From positions 32,001-96,000 of IMG/VR virus record IMGVR_UViG_3300028549_003662: 64,000 nt of DNA; one strand, written 5' to 3'. The notes beneath the pieces are model-generated. The model was given only the letters and a program-made list of their open reading frames with translations, made no database searches and was not told the DNA's origin. The DNA is from a virus. Positions within the stretch are counted from its first letter, which is position 1. Each line of letters starts with the position of its first letter. Shown here piece after piece: positions 22,260 through 32,088 of the stretch. A program made the translations under genes and the position numbers.

Positions 22260-22541
22260 CTATTCTGTGCGGGTGACGACGTAGCGCTGCGGGGCGTCCG
22301 CAACGGCTTTGATGTCCTCGTAGGTGAGTTCCTTGCCCCGCAGCGCCTGTGGGATGTGCAGGGGGACGACGGTGACGCTCTCCGCACACGCTGCCAGGGA
22401 GAGCGGCACAACGCCGCAGATGTGCTTGCCTTTGACGTCTTCAGGCCGTGCGTGGGCAACGATGGGGGCTTTGATGCCAAGGCCACGCAGATACGTTGCC
22501 AGGGCGGGATGGCGAGTGATGATGATGTCGATGTGCTGCAC
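22260..22541 (-). CDS. Csx16 (VVA1548)-like protein, putative cyclic-oligoadenylate ring nuclease
   Basis: GTG start at 22541 after AGGAGG; 93 aa: IITRHPAL...HARPEDVKGKHICGVVPLSLAA...LHIPQALRGKELTYED...RYVV follows the Csx16 pattern (RH, G-x-[LV]P-xx-LAA, LRG-x-EL). Confidence 0.7.
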   Translation of the reverse strand: MQHIDIIITRHPALATYLRGLGIKAPIVAHARPEDVKGKHICGVVPLSLAACAESVTVVPLHIPQALRGKELTYEDIKAVADAPQRYVVTRTE

Positions 22542-22978
22542 TGTTCCTCCTGTGTTTAGTAGCGGTCGAGCCAGAACCCCGTGATGAGTTGCTGCGATGC
22601 GGCGTCGGCGACTTCCAGGAAACGCTTCCTGGCATACGCGCGGGCCTCCTTGGGCGTTGCAATGTGCTCCGGTACGATCTCCTGGCAGTAGTCCTTGCTC
22701 CACAGGGTGTAGATGGCGTGGTAGCGCGCCCCAGGTACGGGGTAGTTTTCGAGTTGCGAATCTGTGTACTTCGCGTTGTAGGGGAGCGCGTCGGGCTCTG
22801 CGGCCTCTTTCTGCTCTGCCATCCACGCATCGAGGACGGCGTTGTTGTAGTGCTCGCTCACGACCTCGTAGATGCCGGGGATGGCGAGGAGCGCGCTGGG
22901 GCTCACCTCCTCGTCCATCGCGCCAGCCAGTAAGCGGTCGAAGTCTTCAGTGGTCATCGCGCTGTAGTCGTTCATGGT

Positions 22979-23890
22979 CTAGTCCTCCTCGGCGAAGTGA
23001 TCGGACACGGCGTCATTGCGCAGCTCCATGCGCTCACGCTGGATGCGCTTGGCGTCTTCCAGCAGCTTCGCCAGGGTGATGGGGCTGATGTCCGCGCAGT
23101 TGTCGCGCAGCAGCTTGTACTGCTTGCGCAGGTCGACCTCGTGGCGGCGCATGGCGGTGAAGGTGTCGTCGACGAACTTCGCCCGCCCCTTGGTGTCCGC
23201 ATTGGCCAGTAGGCTCTTCGCCTCTTCCTTGGCGTAGTCGCTGCCGTAGAACCCCCAAAGGGAGTCGACTTCCTCGCCGTAGATGTCCTCGACAACAGCG
23301 CCCCACACGTCCTCGGTGAGGTACTGGTCATAGGTCTCGACCTCGTCCCGAAGCAGCTTCGTCGCCTTTTCACGGATGGCCTTGGTGGTGATCTTGCCGC
23401 CGTACTCCTTGCGGATCATTTCCGGGGTCGCATAGATGTACCCGACCTGACCGCTATCCCACGGGCAGGCGAAGCCGGAGGTGTTCATGCTGATGCCGCT
23501 GTGGTCGTAGAGGTACAGGGGCAGGATGACGCCCTTGTCGAGAACCTCCCACATTGCCTTCCTGATAGCGGCATCGGCTGTCTTCCCAGCCGCGATGAAG
23601 TTGCCGGGGTGGGCGCTCTGTGCGCGCTGCCAGCCGTTGCCGTTCTCCCAGTAGTCGATGATGTCTTCGAACTTGGGGTCGATCTCTTGCGCCAGACCCC
23701 GCAGGAACTCATCCACGTCGTTGAAGGTGTGCTCCTTATCACCCAGGCTGTAGTTGCGGTGCTTGATGCAGGCCATAATGCCAAAGTTGCTCCAATCACG
23801 CGGGCCGTCGTCCTGGCGGTCGTCCTTCACGACCTTCACGTAGTGGTAGGTGCCGGTGTCCTCGAAGTCGATGTACTCGTTACTGCTCAT
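22979..23890 (-). CDS. conserved hypothetical phage/MGE protein
   Basis: LPLYLYDHSGISM...CPWDSGQVGYIY...YDQYL...DSLWGFYG signature of a widespread uncharacterised MGE family. Confidence 0.75.
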   Translation of the reverse strand: MSSNEYIDFEDTGTYHYVKVVKDDRQDDGPRDWSNFGIMACIKHRNYSLGDKEHTFNDVDEFLRGLAQEIDPKFEDIIDYWENGNGWQRAQSAHPGNFIAAGKTADAAIRKAMWEVLDKGVILPLYLYDHSGISMNTSGFACPWDSGQVGYIYATPEMIRKEYGGKITTKAIREKATKLLRDEVETYDQYLTEDVWGAVVEDIYGEEVDSLWGFYGSDYAKEEAKSLLANADTKGRAKFVDDTFTAMRRHEVDLRKQYKLLRDNCADISPITLAKLLEDAKRIQRERMELRNDAVSDHFAEED

Positions 23891-25186
23891 GGCCGTTACT
23901 CCTTCGTGTAGATGTGGATGCGGGCGGCGTTGAAGACCTCGTTGAGCTTGGCGTCGCGCAGCGGCATACGGTCGCCACGGTAGCCGACGACGCCGTCGTA
24001 GAGGTTTTCAAGCAGCGTCTCTGCCCGGAAGATGCGCGCCACCGTCGGGGTCGGCAGGTGCTTGCACAGGAACGCGGTGATGGCTGCGGCTTCGAGGTCG
24101 TAGTCCACCGCGAGGCATGGACCGTCGGGGTTCTCTTTCACGTACCGCTCAAGCGTGGTGAGTGTCAGCACCGCCTTGCCGCAGGTATCCGACGCAGCAT
24201 GTAGGGCTTGCAGATGCGCAACAGCGCCCTTCTTTACGAGCGGGTTGTCCTGCATTGCGCCTTCGATCAGTTCGGCCAGCTTGTGCTTTGCTTCCTTGAG
24301 TTCGCCCATGATGTTCCTCCTACAGGCTCACGTGGCTGTGAGGTTCGGGTGCGTCGATGCGCTTGTAGGCGCGGTCCTCGCGGAACAACTCCAGCACGTA
24401 GCCCTTACCCGCAGGGAACGCGGTAGCTGCGAGGTGGTGCATGATGTTCCCAGCTTGCTTGAATTCGACACAGACGCGGCAGACCTGCACAAGCGGGGTT
24501 CCGTCAACGGTGCGCTTGCGTCTGCGGGAGACGTTGATGAAGTAGCACATGGGTTTACTTGTCCTCCTTGCGTTTGAGCACGACGTACTGCCCGGCGATG
24601 ATGATGGGCTTACACGCCTGCATCAGGTGGTTCATGAGGTTTTCGTTCATTCTGTGCTTGATCGGCGGCACGAACTTCGAGCGGGCGTTAGGATTGTGTC
24701 CCATGCTATTCCACCCGGCACGTGCCAACGGTGTTGCCGTTGCTGTCGCGGATGAGGTGCGGTATCACGTTGTCGCGGAAGGCTTCCGCGAGGTTGTCCA
24801 AGATGCTGGCGACTTCAACGCCGGGATGCGGGCCGTCCGCGAATGCGGCGTTCTCGGTTTCGATGACGATGGTGACTTTATGCATGATAGCGCTCCTAGA
24901 GGATGTTGATGTCGTTGATGAGCTTTTGAGCGCGCACCACATCAGGATGCGCGGGGCCGAGTTCGTCGGGGTTGGACTGCACGGAGAGCGTAAGCGCCTT
25001 GAGTTCCGCCAGCAGCCGCTCCGCGTTAGCGAACATCGTCGCGTAGCACTCGGCCTCGTGCTGGTTGGGGAATGCCTTGACGTTCATGGTGGCGTAGACG
25101 ACCGCGCTGTCGCCCTCGCTGACCACCAGCGTCTTGGTCCTCGCGGTGAACTGGTAGTGGACTTCCATGTTCATGCTGTGCGCCTC

Positions 25187-25801
25187 CTATGCGCTGAAAC
25201 CGTCGAGATCGTTGATGAGGTGGTCGTCCCAGGCGTCTGTGCCGAGCACGTCGAGGTTCCAGGAGAACTCGGCGTCGTCACCTGTGATGCTCCAGAAGCG
25301 ACCCTTGTTGCCTTCGCTGTCCACGAGGCTGAACTCGTACGTGGGCAGCTTGGTGTTGCGGACGTAGTGCTCGAACTCGCGTTGGAACTCTTCCCACCAG
25401 AAGTCCTCATCGGGCGGGAAGTAGCCCTCGCAGCATATGTCGTCGTCATCGTTGCTGCGGTACGCTGCCGGGAATTCCATCGCGGTCACGTTGGCCGCGT
25501 CGATGTCTAGCAGCCAGCGGTCCATATCGTCGAAGATGCCGCCTGTGCTGCCCACGACCTTGCTGCGCTCCAGGAGCGGGATGGTGATTGTGCAAGATTC
25601 GGTGCCTTCGTGATAGCCCGTGCTATTGTAGCCGGGCCGGGTCATGTACACCTCAAGCCGGGGCTCTTGCGTGTCCGTGATGAACGTGTTGAGGCGCATG
25701 GACGGGTTGGTCATGCTGTTCTTGCACAGCGGGCCAACCATCAGCAGCACAGCGCGCAGGCTGTAGTACATCTTGGTGATGGTCGTGTTCTCGTTGCTCA
25801 T
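25187..25801 (-). CDS. acidic hypothetical protein
   Basis: ORF with AGGAGG SD and a very acidic C-terminus. Confidence 0.65.
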   Translation of the reverse strand: MSNENTTITKMYYSLRAVLLMVGPLCKNSMTNPSMRLNTFITDTQEPRLEVYMTRPGYNSTGYHEGTESCTITIPLLERSKVVGSTGGIFDDMDRWLLDIDAANVTAMEFPAAYRSNDDDDICCEGYFPPDEDFWWEEFQREFEHYVRNTKLPTYEFSLVDSEGNKGRFWSITGDDAEFSWNLDVLGTDAWDDHLINDLDGFSA

Positions 25802-25877
25802 GTTGTCCTCCTGGTGGCGAACGCAGCTTCGCCTTTTTGGGTTTCCCCGACTGGTTGCAAACAGTGTCTCACGATTC

Positions 25878-25921
25878 TAAACACCTGTCATACTCCCCTT
25901 CGGGGAGTTGACAGGTGTTTA
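25878..25921 (-). terminator. long hairpin at the 3' end of the endonuclease-like gene
   Basis: TAAACACCTGTCA-TACTCCCC-TTC-GGGGAGT-TGACAGGTGTTTA; about 20-bp stem starting at the stop codon; no clear U-tract. Confidence 0.45.
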
Positions 25922-26641
25922 TGCATCAGTAGCAATAGCTTTACAAACGGTGTTGCGGCTCACGCCTAGCAGTTTAGCCACCTGCACTTTGTTCATGTTG
26001 CTGCGGTAGGCCTCACGTATCGCAGCGTAGTCGCTGTAGGCGCGCTTCACGTCGATGTCCTCCACGAGTGCCATGATGGTCGGCCTGCTTATCAGAAAGC
26101 GGCGGCTGATCTCTGTTGCGTTGCCGCACTTGCGGTATGCGGCCCTGATGGCGTCCACGGTGACTTGCGGCGGGCTGTTCTGGGGTCGCGTGGTGCGCTC
26201 CCCGTGCTTGAGCACGGTGATGACGTTTACGTTGCCCGGCCCATACGGCTGCGTGGCGTCCTTGAGCCGGATGATGTGCTTGGCCGTCACGGTGTAGCTC
26301 TGTGCGAGCCACCACGCCTTGAAGTCCTTGTAGTCTAGCCACTTCAAGCAGACACCTTGCGGGCTGCCCAGCATGTTGCGCCAGCGCACATAGAGCTTGT
26401 TGCGCTGTTTCGCGCTGGCATCGTTGCCCTGCTTTCCTGTGCGCTCATTGCGCAGGCACCCGCATGACTTTGTAGCGCCTCTGCGCAATGACTGCGACAC
26501 CGTGCAGATGATGTTCCCGCAGTCGCATTGGCAGTACACACCGACGCGAGCGCAGAAGAGCTTGCGTGACCTTGTGAAACCGATGACGGTCAGTCTGCCG
26601 TAGCGGTCATCGACCGCCACAAGCGTCTTGCGCCCCGCCAT
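25919..26641 (-). CDS. HNH-type homing-endonuclease-like protein with C-terminal HTH, possibly degenerate
   Basis: RYGRLTVIG, CQCDCGN, LRRGATKSCGCL, LYVRWRNM, VCLKWLDY..F..W, PYGPGN; C-terminal QVAKLLGVSRNTV. Confidence 0.7.
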   Translation of the reverse strand: MAGRKTLVAVDDRYGRLTVIGFTRSRKLFCARVGVYCQCDCGNIICTVSQSLRRGATKSCGCLRNERTGKQGNDASAKQRNKLYVRWRNMLGSPQGVCLKWLDYKDFKAWWLAQSYTVTAKHIIRLKDATQPYGPGNVNVITVLKHGERTTRPQNSPPQVTVDAIRAAYRKCGNATEISRRFLISRPTIMALVEDIDVKRAYSDYAAIREAYRSNMNKVQVAKLLGVSRNTVCKAIATDA

Positions 26642-27144
26642 CACGCCCACCGCATGAGGACTTCACCTTCCGGCAGCGGGCAGTTCGCTATCCACACGAT
26701 GTCGCGCTTGATGGTGAAGATGTCCGAGACATCAGGCACGTCGATGCCCTCGAAGACGTTCAGGCGCATCGTCTTGCCCTTCACGCCCTCGGTGTGCACC
26801 AGCCACTCGTAGAGGCGCATGAACTGCGCGACATCGTCCTGTTCGTGCAGCGTTATCGTCATGCCGTCGAGCAGCCACAGCACCCTGGAGACGGCGTTGA
26901 TGGTGTAGTGTGCGGTGTAGAGGAGCAGCCGCGTGTCGGGGTCGCAGACGCTGCGGATGCCGCGAACGAGTTCCCGCACCATGTCCGGGTACAGCAGCGG
27001 CTCACCGCCGGTGAGGATGATGTCCTTGTACCCTGTGAAGCCTTCAGGGCGCGGCAGCGCTTCGTAGTTGAAGCTCTTGTTGCAGCAGCCGGGGCAGTCA
27101 CGATTGCATTCCGGCCATAGTATCAGGCGCATTTTGTCGGGCAT
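26641..27144 (-). CDS. small radical SAM protein
   Basis: CNRDCPGCCN (CxxxCxxC) and LTGGEPLL; start reassigned to MPDKM. Confidence 0.85.
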   Translation of the reverse strand: MPDKMRLILWPECNRDCPGCCNKSFNYEALPRPEGFTGYKDIILTGGEPLLYPDMVRELVRGIRSVCDPDTRLLLYTAHYTINAVSRVLWLLDGMTITLHEQDDVAQFMRLYEWLVHTEGVKGKTMRLNVFEGIDVPDVSDIFTIKRDIVWIANCPLPEGEVLMRWA

Positions 27145-27353
27145 GTGCTCACCACTCCTTTTGCGCGATCCCGCGCATCTTTGAACGCGTTGGCCATTAC
27201 GAACATGCTCGGCGCGATGTCGCTGCATTCGAAGCCGAACTTGAACAGTTCGAAAAGGCTTTCGATTTCGTACACCTTCGGGTCTTTGTCGCCTATGAGC
27301 GTGATGCGCCGCACGAGTTCTTCGTGGTCGCCAGTGAAGTGTGCCAGCATCGT

Positions 27354-27995
27354 TTATTCCTCCTCACGCTTGCGGATGTAGACGGTCCAGTTGGTGTCGA
27401 ACTGCCCGCTGTCGGTGATGACGAACAGGAAGTCATGCGCGGGAAGCTCTCTGCGCAGCGTCTCGGCTTCGACCTTGGGGTCGTCGTTCTGTCCGGCGTG
27501 GAAGCCGGTCTCGTAGCGCACACAGCCGTTGGTGTCGCGCTCCATGCACGTCCACCCCTCTGCGACCAGCACAGGGGCAAACCATCCCCAGACCGCCTTT
27601 GCGGGGTCGTTCTTGTAGGCGTCGATGATGCCACCGCGGCTGCTGTGCGCGCATTTGTAGCACCCAGCGCCTTCGCCGGGTATGTAGATGTAGTTGGGCT
27701 GCCACCCCCAGCCCGTCGGCGAGGTGTTGACGAACGCGCCGCAGTCGCAGCAGCCTTCGATTTCGTCGTAGAAGGTGCGCCTGACGGCGGGGTAGTTGCG
27801 GCGCAGGAAGCGCCCCAGGCGGTTGAATTCGGGCTTGTTCCAGTTCGCCACGACGACAAGCTCACCGCCGTCGGCTTCTTGGTAGCGGCCCCAGTTGAAC
27901 TCGCCGCTGTCACCGTCACCCCTGGCGTAGTGGTAGTCCATGAGTGCGGTGAACACGTCCTCGGTATCGCGATTCAGCTTCTTGCAGCCCATCAC
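27354..27995 (-). CDS. hypothetical protein with two CxxC pairs
   Basis: CCDCG...CYKC; YETGFHAGQNDDP. Confidence 0.7.
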   Translation of the reverse strand: MMGCKKLNRDTEDVFTALMDYHYARGDGDSGEFNWGRYQEADGGELVVVANWNKPEFNRLGRFLRRNYPAVRRTFYDEIEGCCDCGAFVNTSPTGWGWQPNYIYIPGEGAGCYKCAHSSRGGIIDAYKNDPAKAVWGWFAPVLVAEGWTCMERDTNGCVRYETGFHAGQNDDPKVEAETLRRELPAHDFLFVITDSGQFDTNWTVYIRKREEE

Positions 27996-29070
27996 GACCT
28001 CCTAGAAGCAGCGCAGGGCGTAGCGGATCGCGCCCTTGCTCATCACGCTGCCGTCGGGGAGCGTCGTGGAGTTCGTGCTCTCCAAGTCCTCGTAGATGGC
28101 TTCAGCGGCCTTGTCCTTGTTGCCGTACTTGCGCACAGCGCGCCGCGCCATGTCATAGAGGCCTTCGTCGTTCGCGATCCAAAGGCTGACGTTCTCGTAG
28201 TTCGTGCTTGCCATGTCGTTACCCCTCCAGTCTGTAGTTGATGATGACGCGGGCGAAGTCGGCGGCGAAGGGCATGTCGTTGCGGAACTCCCGCCACGGC
28301 CCGTTGTCGAGGCTGCACATGAGCCCGCCAGCGGTATCGACGACAACATCGAAGCTGTGCCCGTTGCCCTCGTAGCTGTAGCGGGGGAGCACCTTCACGC
28401 TGCCGTCGCCGTTGTCCATGTTGAACTTGCCCTGGCTGAATCCGTTGTCGCTATTAGAATTCACGCTGCACCTCCACGGCTTTGCCGTCCTTGTTCACCC
28501 AGGTGACGCTGTACGTGCCCACACAAGCGCACATGACGCCTTCGAGCCGCAGCACCTCCATAGCCAAGTTAGGAATCTTTATGCTGCCGCAGTCGTCCAC
28601 GATCTTGCCGTCGGCATCCGTGAACACGCTCGTGCCCATGTAGGCGTCGTAGCACTTCAAGCGAGGATGCCGCTTGAAGACACGTTCGACCTCCTGCCGC
28701 AGTATCTCCTTGCCCGCTTCAATCAGCACCGCCACAGCGTCGTCCCAGCGCCGTTCAGCGCGGCTCACGTAGTCGTGCTTGCGTCGCTTCATCCCGGCAG
28801 CCCGCCGAAGAGAGCGTCCTTGAGCGCCTCCAGCGTGTCTGCGGGCAGGTTGATGCGTAGGAAGGAAGCGATGTGCGCGGCCTCCATGCGTGGCTGCGGC
28901 GGCAGGTACTGGCCGGTGATGGCCTCATAGCTGCGCTGGGTGAAGAGGGTGAGGACGGCCTCGCCGGGTCCGACATCGTTCTTGCGCGTTGTCACGACGT
29001 TGCGTCCGTAGAGGTCCATCTGGACTCCATTTTCCGTGGTGATGATGTCGCTGCTTTCCATGCTGTCCTC

Positions 29071-29718
29071 CTAGCGGTTAGCGGTTATGGCGTCTGCCAG
29101 CGTGGAGTAGGTGCCGTGGCCGTCCTTCTCCGGCTTGTCACACAGAACCATCATGGAGTTCGTGTACTGCGTGGCCGCCCAGAACCGGCATATGGCGAAG
29201 TGGCTGCTGATGCGGGTGACGTGGCCGTCGAAGCGGAAGATGAACAGTTCCCCGTTTTCGGTGTCGTGGTAGTAGTGCTCATCAACGGCGTCGAACATAC
29301 CCAGGCACTTGATGATTTCGTTGTTGGCCACCATAGCGGAGCACGCCGCATTGAGCATGTTCGTGCTGTGCCGGGTATCTTCCTGGCTGTTCACGATCAT
29401 GAATCCGCGCTCGACGAACACGCCGTTGGTGTAGTGGATGACGACAGGCATTGTCATCCCCAGGGCCGCCATGACCATGTGCAGTTCATCCGCGAACATG
29501 TCGATGATTTCAGCGCCATTCTCCGTGAAGGCGTACTGGCCTTTGCCGGGCTGCGAGGTGACGACGACACGGCTGGGCTGGTAGTCGTCACCGTAGATGC
29601 TCTTGAGTTCGCGGATGATTTTACGTGCCGTCTCCGGCCCGTCCTCCCAGCCCTCTGCGACGTTGCGCAGCACGATGAGTTCGTCGAAGGTGAAGCTGCC
29701 CAGATTGGCGTGAAGCAT
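29071..29718 (-). CDS. hypothetical protein downstream of the hammerhead ribozyme
   Basis: 215-aa ORF, AAAGGAGG SD. Confidence 0.7.
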   Translation of the reverse strand: MLHANLGSFTFDELIVLRNVAEGWEDGPETARKIIRELKSIYGDDYQPSRVVVTSQPGKGQYAFTENGAEIIDMFADELHMVMAALGMTMPVVIHYTNGVFVERGFMIVNSQEDTRHSTNMLNAACSAMVANNEIIKCLGMFDAVDEHYYHDTENGELFIFRFDGHVTRISSHFAICRFWAATQYTNSMMVLCDKPEKDGHGTYSTLADAITANR

Positions 29719-29734
29719 GTTGCCTCCTTTGTGC

Positions 29735-29813
29735 GGGTGTCTGCCTCGTCAGCGCCGGGAGACTATCTCCGGCGTATCGCCCCTGCTCCTACAGGGGCGA
29801 TTTCGGCTCACAC
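29735..29813 (-). ncRNA. type II hammerhead ribozyme
   Basis: Minus strand: GUGU-GA-GCC GAAA UCGCCCCUG-uaggag-CAGGGGCGA UA CGCCGGAGA-uag-UCUCCCGGCG CUGACGA GGC-AG-ACAC; complete core (CUGAnGA, GAAA, UH) and three helices, essentially intergenic. Confidence 0.9.
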
Positions 29814-30152
29814 TTCCTTGTCGCGTCTCCAGTACTTCTGCACGATGCCGCTGATGGCCTCGGTGATAGCGTCGTGCCCGGCGTCGCCCACATGCTGCCA
29901 GTCGTCCATGCACAGCATGTCGCTCACGGTGTCGTCAACGACAGCGCGCTGGGCGTCTGTGAGTTCAGCGTAGACCTGGCGGGCGTGTTCTTCCCGGACA
30001 CGCTTGGCGATGCCGCTGATGAGCGCGCCCAGCTTCTTGTGCGCGGCCAGGAAGCCGTTGTCGAACTCGTTCGCGCAGGGCATGTTTGCGATGATCTCAT
30101 CGCAAGCAGCGGCGATTTCCTCCAGGGCTGTGATGTGCTTGTCTTCCATGTG

Positions 30153-30791
30153 CTAGGCCTCCTTGGTGAGGTACTCTGCGTAGATGCAGCCGTCGGGGCC
30201 GTCCTCGTAGTCCTGCTCGGCAGCGCGCTGGATGAAGTCCATGTCGCTCTCGCCTTCCGCGACCTCGTACCCGGCGTTCTGGTAGCCTTCGTAGGCGTTC
30301 TCGGTTCCGGCGATGTAGTCGGCGATGATGGCGGCAACGAACTCCTGGCGGGTGCGTCCCGTGGCGGGAACAGCGGCGGCGAGTTCGTTGTATGCTCGCA
30401 TGAGGCACTCGTTGCTCCAGCGCGCGCCGCCAAGCCCGCATGTACTGTTCACCACCGCCCAGCCCGACCCGGCTTCACCGCCTTCTGCGTTCGGGCTGTA
30501 GTGAACGGTGACGACATCGTTGATCTTCGCGTACTGCATGAGCAGTTCGAGTTCAGCTACGAAGGCGTCGATGTCGCCGCAGTCGCAGTGGTAGGCCTCC
30601 TTGCGGATTTCGAACACGTCCACGTAGCTGGGTGCGTATTCGGCACCGTGTGCGTCCTTGAGGGCTTCCGTGACCTCGCGCACCCAGGTGCCTACGATGT
30701 CGTCCTCGTCGCAGAGTTCGTCGTGCGTGATGTACTTCAGCGCCAGGATTTGTTCCGGCGTCCAGCCCGCCAAGCTAACGATAATACCCAT
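30153..30791 (-). CDS. acidic hypothetical protein
   Basis: Likely start MGIIV after GAGGAGG; D/E-rich. Confidence 0.65.
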   Translation of the reverse strand: MGIIVSLAGWTPEQILALKYITHDELCDEDDIVGTWVREVTEALKDAHGAEYAPSYVDVFEIRKEAYHCDCGDIDAFVAELELLMQYAKINDVVTVHYSPNAEGGEAGSGWAVVNSTCGLGGARWSNECLMRAYNELAAAVPATGRTRQEFVAAIIADYIAGTENAYEGYQNAGYEVAEGESDMDFIQRAAEQDYEDGPDGCIYAEYLTKEA

Positions 30792-31399
30792 GCTACCCCT
30801 CCTCGGTTGTGTACTTGAGGCCGTTGCTGGTTTCGTTTTCGAGCACATGCTTCAGCGCGTTTATGGAACTCGCGCTGTAGTTGCTCCTGATGAGGCTACG
30901 TGCGAGGTCGCACACCGCGTCGTAGTTGTTCAGGGCTTCCAGGATGTGCTCGGCTTGCGCGTTCTTGGGCAGGCGCTCCGTGCACAGGTGGCCCACGAAG
31001 GTCGGGCCGCCTTCGCCGCCGCAGCACTCGCAGCGCGGCAACGTGTAGGTCAGCGTCTGCGCCCTGGTCGGGGTGCTGTGCGGTTCAGACAGCGCCCAGA
31101 GTGGGTTGCGTTTATTGGTCATGCCTATCCGCCCTCCAGGCGATTGAGTAGTGTGCGGATGCGCTTGCCGTCGAACTCCGGGTCGAGCGAACCCTGCTCA
31201 AGCAGGTGCAGGACGGTCTTGAGTTCGTCGCGCATTTCGGGCGCGGCCACAAAGAGCTTGGCGTAACGCTCCGTCTCGGCGATGGACAGGTCAGGCGCGC
31301 TTTCGCTATCCATCAGCGCCACGCAGCGCACAGTATCCTCGTCCAGCTTTTCGTAGATGCCGAAGAAGTCATCGGTGTAGAACAAGTCGCCCATGTGCT

Positions 31400-32074
31400 T
31401 TAGCCCTCCAGGATGTAGCTGATGGCCTCTTCCAGCGTGTCCACGGTCTTGACAGCGTAGCAGTCACCCTCTGCGCCCAGGAAGGTGATGAGGCTGGAAG
31501 CGCGCAGGATGCTGTAGTCCGCTGTGCCGGTGCGGATAAAGATGCAATGGCAGTCGTCGTTGCCGCGCTGAATGTACAGGCGGTCTTGGATGTCGTCGTA
31601 GTTCCATTCGATATCCACGCGCTCCGGCAGCCAGTCACCGACGCCGCTCTCCTGGTACTCGAACTTCAGCGGGTGCATGAGCTTGCGGATGTGCGCGGCC
31701 TCGTTGGGTGTGATGCGGCCCATGTCCACAACGTCCATCGTGTCCTCGGCCACAACGACTTCACCGTCCTCGCTGATGGGGAAGCTGTAGTAGGTGCCGC
31801 CCTTGTAGCTGAACATGGTGCCCGTTGTGGGGTCATAGACGACGCGGTCGCCGATACGCAGCGGCTCCCGTGACGTTTCCGTGAACTCTCTGACAGTGCT
31901 GTCATGGCCGCAGTTGATGCACATGCAGGAGCTATCAGGCGTCCACTCGAAGCCGTCGTGGTCGTCGGTGCCGCTGTCGCGGACCTGCACATTTGTGGTG
32001 CTTTCGATTTCGAACGGCCCTTCGCTCTTGCACTTCGGGCACGACATCCCTATAAGCAGTCCTTTGTTTGACAT
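31400..32074 (-). CDS. multidomain protein with N-terminal Zn ribbon (paralog family)
   Basis: CPKC ... EWTPDSSCMCINC. Confidence 0.7.
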   Translation of the reverse strand: MSNKGLLIGMSCPKCKSEGPFEIESTTNVQVRDSGTDDHDGFEWTPDSSCMCINCGHDSTVREFTETSREPLRIGDRVVYDPTTGTMFSYKGGTYYSFPISEDGEVVVAEDTMDVVDMGRITPNEAAHIRKLMHPLKFEYQESGVGDWLPERVDIEWNYDDIQDRLYIQRGNDDCHCIFIRTGTADYSILRASSLITFLGAEGDCYAVKTVDTLEEAISYILEG

Positions 32075-32088
32075 ATCGTCCTCCTCGG

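Noticed and set aside
25890-25915. GTCAACTCCCC hairpin resembling an IS200/IS605 or HEARO end
   Set aside because: No TnpA, TnpB or IscB nearby and no further matching structure.
8770-31410. Recurrent GGAGG(C/G)CTAG-ATG junctions suggesting TAG recoding or a repeat family
   Set aside because: Explained by SD sites embedded in the last codons (translational coupling); the junction I checked is out of frame and conserved enzymes are intact in code 11.
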